From positions 1-64,000 of the IMG/VR virus record IMGVR_UViG_3300047369_000529: 64,000 bases of DNA; one strand, given 5' to 3'. The DNA is from a virus. Shown here piece after piece: positions 56,497 to 64,000 of the stretch. The translations under genes and the position numbers were made by a program. The notes under the pieces are model-generated. The model saw only the letters and a program-made list of their open reading frames with translations, was not told the DNA's origin and did no database searches. Position 1 is the first letter of the stretch, and every line of letters begins with the position of its first letter.

Positions 56497-57252
56497 ATGA
56501 AAATTTCAATCAGTAAGGTCGATTCAAACAACTTCATCGGCTTCGTAAATAGACTTAAAGTAATTGATTCTTTTGTCTATTTTAAATTAAAGGATGGCGT
56601 AGTACAAGCATCAGCTTACTTGCCACAAAGAGATGCAGTTAAGCATCACAGAATGCCAATTGCCCAAGTATTTCAATTAGAAGACGATGCTATTAAAACA
56701 GAAAAAGAATTAAAGATAGCATTCTTTGACGCTTCCAAAATTACAGATGCATTTAAGCAGTTTGACTATGACGCAATTTCTGCAGAAATAGAATTTGTAG
56801 AAAACGAAGAAGATTGTGTAGCAACTACATTTAAAATCTTTAATGACGAATTAGAAATCACATTAGCATGTTCTGAGCCATCATTAGGATATAAAGACCT
56901 TACGGATTCTCAAATTCAAGGCATTTTTAACACTGAAGCGTCTACTTTCAAGTTTGACTTAGACTATACTTCACTTGCCAAAGTGAGAAACTTATTCTCA
57001 TTAGATAAAGAAGAAACATTCTCAATCAATGCAAATGGAAATGGAGTTAAATTATTAGGTAAAACTTATAATATGCTAGTAACACCTGATTATGATGGTG
57101 ATTCAGGAACTAATGTAACTCTTTTCAAAAAATACCTAAATCTTTTAGATAAAGAAGATTATACGGCGCATGTCTTAGACAATAGAGTTGTTCTAAGATC
57201 TAATGACTCTGAAACCCTATTAACTATTGCAACTTGTCAAACTGCGGAGTAA
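56497..57252 (+). CDS. putative DNA sliding clamp (gp45-like)
   Basis: 251 aa, two repeated beta-alpha-beta halves, located in the replication cluster; no strict motif. Confidence 0.55.
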   Translation: MKISISKVDSNNFIGFVNRLKVIDSFVYFKLKDGVVQASAYLPQRDAVKHHRMPIAQVFQLEDDAIKTEKELKIAFFDASKITDAFKQFDYDAISAEIEFVENEEDCVATTFKIFNDELEITLACSEPSLGYKDLTDSQIQGIFNTEASTFKFDLDYTSLAKVRNLFSLDKEETFSINANGNGVKLLGKTYNMLVTPDYDGDSGTNVTLFKKYLNLLDKEDYTAHVLDNRVVLRSNDSETLLTIATCQTAE

Positions 57253-57255
57253 TAG

Positions 57256-58452
57256 ATGGATATAAACACACTGATTAACAAGCCCGAAGATGACCTTACT
57301 AGGGATGAAATGCAAATCTTGGCGGACCATTATCAAACAATGTCCGCCAAGTATACTGCATACGAGCAAGCTGTAAAAGTAACGCTTAACTCTATCTATG
57401 GCGCATTTGGTAATAAGTGGTTCCACTTCTTCAATATTGATATTGCTGAATCAATTACACTTCAAGGTCAAAATGCAATCTTATATTCTGAAAAGATTTT
57501 AAATAAGTATTTTCAAGAGTTTTGGCCGAAAGATAGTAAGGTTCATGAACACTTTAGCATTTCTATTAAAAATAAACTTGTAAGACCTTCTGTAGTTTAT
57601 ATCGATACAGATTCATGTTACGTGCAGTTTGAAGAAATGTACGAATCTATTGAATGGTACGGTGAACAGATGCCTATTGATAAATTCATCATGGAACTAT
57701 ATAATTTTAGACTTAAAGATTATATTACAGGTGCCATGAAAAAATACGCAGAAGCCACGAACACAGATAACTTCTTGTTTTTCGAATTAGAAACTATAGC
57801 GTATTCTGGAATTTGGTTAGCTAAGAAAAAGTATTTACAGGATATTGCATGGGAAGATAAATTAGAAATAGATGACAGATACCCTTCTCTTAAGAAAATT
57901 AAGACAATCGGATTTGATACTATTCAGTCTTCCACTCCTACACTTGCGAGAAAGCATTTAACCGAAGCTCTCAAATTAATTCTTTCTGAGAAACCAACCG
58001 CTGACATGTTAAGTAGATTAGTTTCTTTTTTGAAAACTGCAAAGAAAGAGTTTAAAATGGCTAACGTTGACGAAATATCTTTTAATAAAAGAACAAATAA
58101 CATTGAAAAATATATCGTAGACGACACCATAGAATTTCAATATGGATTAAAATGTCCTCCAAATGTTAAAGCAGCAGGATTTTATAATTTCTTAATGAAT
58201 CAGAATCCTAAGTATAAGAACAAGTATAAAATGATAGGTAATGGTGAAAAACTAAAACTATATCATTGTAACCATAATGTATGTGAAATGTATGCATATC
58301 AGCCGGGTGCTCATCCGTATGAGATTGCTCCACAAGTAGATTATGAAACTCAATTTGAAAAATCTGTAATAGATCCGATTAATAGAGTTTTAACTTCAGT
58401 GGGTCTTCAAAGACTAAATAGAAACTTAATTTACTCTACGTCATTATTCTAA
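57256..58452 (+). CDS. family B DNA polymerase, C-terminal half (motifs B and C, thumb)
   Basis: Motif B KVTLNSIYGAFGN, ITLQGQ, motif C YIDTDS, KKKY, SSTP. Confidence 0.92.
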   Translation: MDINTLINKPEDDLTRDEMQILADHYQTMSAKYTAYEQAVKVTLNSIYGAFGNKWFHFFNIDIAESITLQGQNAILYSEKILNKYFQEFWPKDSKVHEHFSISIKNKLVRPSVVYIDTDSCYVQFEEMYESIEWYGEQMPIDKFIMELYNFRLKDYITGAMKKYAEATNTDNFLFFELETIAYSGIWLAKKKYLQDIAWEDKLEIDDRYPSLKKIKTIGFDTIQSSTPTLARKHLTEALKLILSEKPTADMLSRLVSFLKTAKKEFKMANVDEISFNKRTNNIEKYIVDDTIEFQYGLKCPPNVKAAGFYNFLMNQNPKYKNKYKMIGNGEKLKLYHCNHNVCEMYAYQPGAHPYEIAPQVDYETQFEKSVIDPINRVLTSVGLQRLNRNLIYSTSLF

Positions 58453-58463
58453 AAATAAACAAA

Positions 58464-58649
58464 ATGAATTTTAAAAGTAAAATAATAGAATTAGTAAAAA
58501 CAAACCCCAATAATTACGAACTAGGGGATAAGATTAGAAAACTAATTTGGCCGGAAGTTATCAAAGAACTTGAAGCAGATAAAAAAGATAAAAATCAAAT
58601 TAGTATATTTGACGAAATAAAAGAAAGAGAAAATGCTAGATCCAACTAA
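58464..58649 (+). CDS. hypothetical protein
   Basis: 61 aa with PNN.ELG..IR motif. Confidence 0.55.
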   Translation: MNFKSKIIELVKTNPNNYELGDKIRKLIWPEVIKELEADKKDKNQISIFDEIKERENARSN

Positions 58650-58821
58650 ACTTAATGAAGAACAACAAGCCTTTGTTGTAAAATATAAAGTTATTTACGA
58701 TAAGTTAATTTCTCTACAAGATAAAATGGATTCTTTAAAGAAAGAATCCGATGTTCTAATAAAAGAACTCGAAACATTAAGAAAACAAGAAAAAAAATTA
58801 TTCAAAGATGGCAAAAAATAA
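58633..58821 (+). CDS. small coiled-coil hypothetical protein
   Basis: 62 aa, overlaps both neighbours. Confidence 0.55.
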   Translation: MLDPTKLNEEQQAFVVKYKVIYDKLISLQDKMDSLKKESDVLIKELETLRKQEKKLFKDGKK

Positions 58822-59917
58822 AGATTTTACATTTGACGATTTAAATAGCGAATTAGCTAATATAAATCCTTTAGGTTCTATTATGGAAAGTTCCAACTTT
58901 TCAGAAGTAACAGATTGGATTCACACAGGAAACTACCACTTAAACGCATGCGTATCAGGTTCATTGTTTAAGGGATGGCCCAATAATAGATCATCTTCTA
59001 TTGCAGGTCCTTCAGGAACTGGTAAAACCTTTTTAATGCTAAACACTGTAAGAGAAGCTATTGATAAAGGTTATAGCGTAATTTACTATGACTCAGAAGC
59101 AGCAGTTGATAAAGAGCAAATGGAAAAGTTCGGAATTGATACTTCTAAGGTAAATTATCAACCAACTAACACTGTTCAAGATTTTAGAACTTCTGTAACT
59201 ACGATTACTAAGAAAATGCAAGAAGCTAAAAGAGCCGGTGGAGAAGTTCCTAAGGTAATGATTATTTTAGATTCAGCCGGTAACCTAGCAACTGCGAAAG
59301 AAATAGCAGATGCAGCGAGCGGTTCTGATAAATCAGATATGACTAGATCTAAGGTTTTAAAATCTATCTTTAGAATTATAATGACCCCATTAGCAGATCT
59401 TAAAATACCTTTCTTATTTACAAACCACACATACCAATCTCAATCCTTTATTCCAATGCAAATCGCAGGAGGTGGAACAGGACCACAGTATGCAGCATCA
59501 ATTGTATTGATGTTAAATAAGGCGCAATTAAAAGACGGAGCAGAAAAGGTAGGTATCATAGTTACTGCTAAGCCAGATAAAAATAGATTTGCAAAACCAC
59601 ATCCTATTAAGTTTCACTTAAACTTTACAGAAGGTATGAATCCTTATGTTGGATTAGAACAATACGCAACATGGGATATATGTGGAATCACAAGAGGAAA
59701 TATCGTAAAAGGAGAAAAGATTCCAAAGGCAACGGCAAGAACATGGATATGTAAACACCTAGACCATACAGTTGCAAACAAAGATTTCTTTTCAGATCTA
59801 GTATTTACGCAAGAAGTCTTAGAGCAAATTGAAGCTCACATTCAACCAATATTTAACTACAATACTGAGATTTCTCAAATCGATGTTGAAGAAATGTTAG
59901 AAGACAGTGAAGCATAA
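58808..59917 (+). CDS. uvsX: RecA-like recombinase UvsX
   Basis: TG...LN...SG, Walker A AGPSGTGKT, YDSE, LDSAGNL, DMTR, NHTY, GGG.G..Y. Confidence 0.92.
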   Translation: MAKNKDFTFDDLNSELANINPLGSIMESSNFSEVTDWIHTGNYHLNACVSGSLFKGWPNNRSSSIAGPSGTGKTFLMLNTVREAIDKGYSVIYYDSEAAVDKEQMEKFGIDTSKVNYQPTNTVQDFRTSVTTITKKMQEAKRAGGEVPKVMIILDSAGNLATAKEIADAASGSDKSDMTRSKVLKSIFRIIMTPLADLKIPFLFTNHTYQSQSFIPMQIAGGGTGPQYAASIVLMLNKAQLKDGAEKVGIIVTAKPDKNRFAKPHPIKFHLNFTEGMNPYVGLEQYATWDICGITRGNIVKGEKIPKATARTWICKHLDHTVANKDFFSDLVFTQEVLEQIEAHIQPIFNYNTEISQIDVEEMLEDSEA

Positions 59918-60228
59918 TGGAGTTAAATATAAACAAGATAGATGAGGATAAGTTGCCTATAAAATATGTATTAGGTATTCAAGAAGAGCTCGAATCTTTT
60001 CCAGATGCATTTGACATATTACATATATTTATTACAAGGGCGGTAAGGCAACCTGATAGACAAAAGGCAAGTTTTACTAAACATGCTCTTAAAAAATATT
60101 TTGCAAAAGGAAAAGACGAGAATATAGAAAAAGGATTAGAAGAAGCAATAGGAATGGGTCTTATAGAACAGACCAATGAAAACGAAGGAAAGGAAGCATA
60201 TAAAATAAAAATAAATCCTTTCCTATAA
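59917..60228 (+). CDS. hypothetical protein (possible winged helix)
   Basis: Between uvsX and helicase; ends in helix-GLIE-beta hairpin. Confidence 0.5.
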   Translation: MELNINKIDEDKLPIKYVLGIQEELESFPDAFDILHIFITRAVRQPDRQKASFTKHALKKYFAKGKDENIEKGLEEAIGMGLIEQTNENEGKEAYKIKINPFL

Positions 60229-60246
60229 TGATTATCCAAATCAAAA

Positions 60247-60273
60247 AAACAAAAAAAGAATTAACAGTAGAAT
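60247..60273 (+). promoter_or_regulatory. putative pre-replicative promoter AAAC-N16-GTAGAAT
   Basis: Upstream of the helicase gene. Confidence 0.6.
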
Positions 60274-60291
60274 AACTATAAAAAAACAAAT

Positions 60292-61605
60292 ATGAAGTTT
60301 GGACCCGATTTTGAAAAAATATTCTTTAAGTTATCTCTACAAAAACCTAAATATTTAGGCAATATTAAGAGAGGATTTTATACCTCTGAAGATATAGACT
60401 TAATTCATTTTTTAACCACTAAATTCTACGATAAGTTTCACGAAACTCCAACTAATGAGCAAATGAAACTACTTATCAAAAATGATAAGATAGCTGGAAA
60501 AGTAGAAGAATCAATAGTAGATATAGTATATGACGTAGACCTAGATCAATATGATGAAGAATGGTTAACTTCTACTGCAGAAGCATGGATAAAATGGCGT
60601 AATTTTGATAACACTCTTATCGATACAATAGAGTATATCAAAACTACCGAAGTAACACCGGATAATGCAGACTCGATCATCTCTAAGGTTAAAACTTTAA
60701 TTAATGATAGAAACTCAATCGTATTTAATTCTGATCTTGGATTAGACTTCTTTAAACCCGAAGACCACTCTTTTGAAGATGCTGAAAAGGTTTCCACAGG
60801 ATATAATTTTTTAGATAGAGCCCTTAACGGAGGATACGATAAAGATGGATCTTTAGTAGTTTATGTAGGTGAACAGAACATCGGTAAATCGATTTATCTT
60901 GCAAATGATGCAGCAAACTTTGTTAAGATGGGAACTAACACTGCAGTTATAACAGCGGAAATGTCAGCTCCTAAATTTATGAAAAGAATAGGTTCTAATT
61001 TATTAGGAATTGATATATCTGATTACGAAGAAAAATCTAAGAACGCAGATTTAATTAAAAGAAAGTTAGAAACAGTAGGAGACGGATTTACCCCACCTGG
61101 TCAATTATTTGTTAAACAATTTCCAACTTCACAGGCGACGGTCCCAGATATTGAAGCCTATTTAAAACAAATTGAAGAAGAAAGAAAAATAAAATTAGGA
61201 GCAGTTGTTATTGACTACATCAACATTCTTTCTAATTTTAGAAATCCTAATTCTGAAAATACCTATTTAAAGATCAAGCAGATAGCAGAAGATCTTAGAG
61301 CAATGGGCGTAAGAAACGGTTGGTTAATCGTAACGGCTACTCAAATTACAAGAAACGGATATAACTCTAGTGATATCACAATGACAGACGTTGCAGAATC
61401 AGCTGGTCTTTCACATACAGCAGATATCATGTTAGGTATTATTCAAGATGATATCATGAGAGCTAGCTACGAGTATTGGCTCAAAATACTCAAAATAAGA
61501 GACGGTGAAGGTAGAGGTTCTAAATGTAAATTAGGCATTAACTATAATTACATGAGGCTTACTGAAACTGACGAAGTTACTAATTCTAATATACACAGTT
61601 TATAA
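60292..61605 (+). CDS. replicative DNA helicase, T4 gp41/DnaB-like
   Basis: GEQNIGKS, TAEMS, IDYINI, IAEDLR, TATQITR, ES.GL..TAD, K.RDG. Confidence 0.93.
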   Translation: MKFGPDFEKIFFKLSLQKPKYLGNIKRGFYTSEDIDLIHFLTTKFYDKFHETPTNEQMKLLIKNDKIAGKVEESIVDIVYDVDLDQYDEEWLTSTAEAWIKWRNFDNTLIDTIEYIKTTEVTPDNADSIISKVKTLINDRNSIVFNSDLGLDFFKPEDHSFEDAEKVSTGYNFLDRALNGGYDKDGSLVVYVGEQNIGKSIYLANDAANFVKMGTNTAVITAEMSAPKFMKRIGSNLLGIDISDYEEKSKNADLIKRKLETVGDGFTPPGQLFVKQFPTSQATVPDIEAYLKQIEEERKIKLGAVVIDYINILSNFRNPNSENTYLKIKQIAEDLRAMGVRNGWLIVTATQITRNGYNSSDITMTDVAESAGLSHTADIMLGIIQDDIMRASYEYWLKILKIRDGEGRGSKCKLGINYNYMRLTETDEVTNSNIHSL

Positions 61606-61606
61606 T

Positions 61607-62053
61607 ATGAGAACAAAAAGAGATAAAATATTTGACAATACTTTCGAAGATGGTGGTGACTTTGAGTTAAACGGATCGATTTCATTTAATCTTAATCCAC
61701 AGTACACTGATAATAGGGATGAAGAAGAAAAAATAGAAAGCGAGCAAATTAGAAATAAAATTCACGAACTAATTACTAATTCTAGATTTAAAAAATTTAA
61801 TGAAATAGATGAATTTCAACAAATAACTAAATTAAGAAAATTAGATATTAATGAAGTTTACGGGTTTATGTATGATGAGCTACACGACAGATATTCTATA
61901 ATTGATCTTTTTTCAGAATTATGTGACTACTTTAACATTAATCCAACCAAATTCTATTCTTCATTAAGTAACAAATATAAAGAAGACCTCATTCAAGAAC
62001 TTGATAAAAAGACTAACGTCCTACAAAGAAAGAATATAAATAAACTTTTTTAA
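61607..62053 (+). CDS. hypothetical protein, C-terminal half weakly gp33-like
   Basis: SIID...LCDYFNI.......LS...KE.L..E pattern reminiscent of the T4 late co-activator gp33; weak. Confidence 0.35.
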   Translation: MRTKRDKIFDNTFEDGGDFELNGSISFNLNPQYTDNRDEEEKIESEQIRNKIHELITNSRFKKFNEIDEFQQITKLRKLDINEVYGFMYDELHDRYSIIDLFSELCDYFNINPTKFYSSLSNKYKEDLIQELDKKTNVLQRKNINKLF

Positions 62054-62055
62054 TT

Positions 62056-63171
62056 ATGATTGAGCCTAAGGTATTAGAGAAACCAGTAAATAGAATCTGG
62101 ATTCTCGGAGACATGCACCTTGGAGTTCGTTCTAATTCTCTTGAATGGTTAGAAATTCAAAAGGATTTTTACGAAAACCAATTTATTCCAACTTTAAAAA
62201 GAGATGTTAAACCCGGGGATATTTTAGTTCAGGTTGGAGATGCATTCGATAATAGACAAAGTATAAATCTAAGAGTTCTTCACTATGCAGTAGATCTTTT
62301 CGAAAGATTAGGTGAAATTTTACCCGTTCATGTTATATGCGGTAATCATGATATATGGGCTAAAAAATCAAATGAAGTAAGTTCTATTGATTCTTTAAAA
62401 TGGATTCCAAACGTAGCAGTATATAAAGAACCCAAGGAATTTAATTGGGGTGGAAAGAAAGTTTTATTAATGCCGTGGAGAAGAGATTCTGCACATGAGG
62501 CAGAAACCCTAGCGCAGTTCCCTAATTCTCAAATTGTATTTTGCCATTCAGAGGTTTCGGGAGTTTCTTTAAATTCTAAAGTAAAAAATCACCACGGAAC
62601 AGATACAGTTTCATATAAGAATTATGATGCCGTTTATTCTGGACATATTCATTATAGACAAACTAAAGGAAAATTAAGATTAGTAGGAACACCGTATGAA
62701 TTAACACGCTCTGATTCTGGCAATACAAAGGGATTTGATATGGTTGATCTAGGAACAATGGAAGAGACTTTCTATGAGAATACTATATCACCAAAGTTTG
62801 TAAAATACTATCTCACAGGTCTTTACAATGTTCCTCTAGGTGAATTTAAAGATAAGATTAGAAATAACTTCGTAGATTTATACGTTCCTTCTAACATTGC
62901 AACTACAAGTGCACTTTCTAGATTAATAAACAAAATACAAAAAATAGGTAGAAAAATAGAACCTAACATATATGAGCAAGATTCTTTCTTAGATAAAGAT
63001 TTGTATGATATGGATGAAATAGAAGATCTCTATAAAAATTACAATATCTTGCACCTATGTAACACATACGTTGATGGTTTACCACATGATGACGAAACAA
63101 GAGAAAGAGTCAAAGAAAGTTTAAAGAACCTACACGATAAGTGTGCATATAATTATGACAACGAAGTATGA
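62056..63171 (+). CDS. Mre11/SbcD-like nuclease, T4 gp47
   Basis: GDMHLG, GDAFDNR, GNHD, CH.E, SGHIH, GTPYELT.SD. Confidence 0.92.
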   Translation: MIEPKVLEKPVNRIWILGDMHLGVRSNSLEWLEIQKDFYENQFIPTLKRDVKPGDILVQVGDAFDNRQSINLRVLHYAVDLFERLGEILPVHVICGNHDIWAKKSNEVSSIDSLKWIPNVAVYKEPKEFNWGGKKVLLMPWRRDSAHEAETLAQFPNSQIVFCHSEVSGVSLNSKVKNHHGTDTVSYKNYDAVYSGHIHYRQTKGKLRLVGTPYELTRSDSGNTKGFDMVDLGTMEETFYENTISPKFVKYYLTGLYNVPLGEFKDKIRNNFVDLYVPSNIATTSALSRLINKIQKIGRKIEPNIYEQDSFLDKDLYDMDEIEDLYKNYNILHLCNTYVDGLPHDDETRERVKESLKNLHDKCAYNYDNEV

Positions 63172-64000
63172 AGATTAAGTCTATAGAATTTAAAAATTTT
63201 GCATCTTATGGAAACTCTATTCAAAAAATAGAGTTTGAAGATAATAAGGCAGAATTACTTTTAACACTTGGAAAGAATGGCGAAGGTAAAACTACAATCG
63301 CGAATGCGATAGTATATGCCCTGTATGGAAAAGTAGAAGGTGTTAAAATGGCAGATCTTCCCAATAGAATCAATAAAGAATTATGGGTAAGAATAGAACT
63401 TTATTGCAAAGGGACTAAGGTAGAGATTGAAAGAGGTTTAATGCCAAATAGATTTAAGGTTCTTTTAAATGGTGTAGAATTTGATAAAGCGGGTAAAAAG
63501 TCAGTTCAAGATTATTTAGAAGAAGAAATATTTGGAATTCCATACCATGTATTTAAAAATATAATTATTCTATCTGTAAATGATTTTAAGTCTTTTTTAA
63601 CCATGACAAATCATGACAAAAGACAGATCATAGATAAAATGTTCGGTTTCTCTATTCTTAACGATATGCAAAAGCAAATTAAAGAAGAAAGAAGAGACCT
63701 TAAAATAGAATTAGATTCTTATGAAAAAGAACTAAATCAGCTTAGTGAAAATATCGTCTCAGTTAATATGAAGTTAAATCAGTTATTAGCAGAGGCAGAT
63801 ACTAAGAATAAAGAAGAAATAGAAGCTTTAAAAGAAAGCTTAAAAAGATATGACGCTAATAGGATTAAATTAGAAGAAGCAAGTTCTAAAGTTTCTGAAA
63901 AAATATCAAGCAATCAAGAAACTCTTCAAGAAAAACAATCTAATTATTCAAAGCTAAAATATGAATTAGACGAATTGAAGAAAAAACTAGCGTTATATGA
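63168..64000 (+). CDS. Rad50/SbcC-like ATPase, T4 gp46 (3'-truncated)
   Basis: MKIKSIEFKNFASYGN...GKNGEGKTT..AI.YALYGK, then coiled coil to window end; not in the ORF track. Confidence 0.9.
   Translation, partial: MKIKSIEFKNFASYGNSIQKIEFEDNKAELLLTLGKNGEGKTTIANAIVYALYGKVEGVKMADLPNRINKELWVRIELYCKGTKVEIERGLMPNRFKVLLNGVEFDKAGKKSVQDYLEEEIFGIPYHVFKNIIILSVNDFKSFLTMTNHDKRQIIDKMFGFSILNDMQKQIKEERRDLKIELDSYEKELNQLSENIVSVNMKLNQLLAEADTKNKEEIEALKESLKRYDANRIKLEEASSKVSEKISSNQETLQEKQSNYSKLKYELDELKKKLALY

Noticed and set aside
53300-57320. Split intein or intron joining the polymerase halves
   Set aside because: No Cys/Ser-initiated IntN after the N-half, no HN-C/S/T before motif B, and the gap holds ordinary essential genes.
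1689-60797. All minus-strand ORFs in the track and short nested plus-strand ORFs (17747, 20095, 37558)
   Set aside because: They lie wholly or mostly within longer, motif-supported plus-strand genes and look like antisense or frame shadows with no recognisable motifs.
1-64000. Stop-codon reassignment as in some large phages
   Set aside because: Conserved genes are full length in code 11, and TAG/TGA act as real stops (e.g. uvsW TAG, gp47 TGA).

Overview
A 64 kb segment of a large, AT-rich (about 30% GC by eye) T4-related myophage. All credible genes are on the + strand and read in genetic code 11. A-rich ribosome-binding regions without Shine-Dalgarno motifs suggest a Bacteroidota host (inference). 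Layout: (1) 1-26.7 kb: neck, baseplate and tail structural genes, including two paralogous collagen-containing fibre proteins (one ends in a Hint/intein-like domain) and a candidate spanin. (2) 27-32.3 kb: RuvC-like resolvase, gp32 SSB, gp61 primase, UvsY and UvsW. (3) 32.4-46.1 kb: a cluster of proteins with T4 capsid-targeting-like sequences and repeated ES(V/I)V(N/T)E linkers resembling prohead-protease sites. I read these as modular, virion-packaged polyproteins; the cluster includes ligase-like, HIGH nucleotidyltransferase and nuclease-like members. (4) 46.2-52 kb: metabolic and DNA-modification genes (mgsA, TagD-like cytidylyltransferase, rfbB, T4 alpha-glucosyltransferase-like, gp56 dCTPase). 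(5) 52-64 kb: replication core, with a family B DNA polymerase split into two genes around nrdB, nrdA and a clamp, then UvsX, gp41, gp47 and a truncated gp46. Two recurrent promoter-like motifs (RATATATA and AAAC-N16-GTAKAAY) partition structural from replication genes. No tRNA, rRNA or CRISPR array was seen. Family assignments come from motifs recognised by eye, not from database searches.
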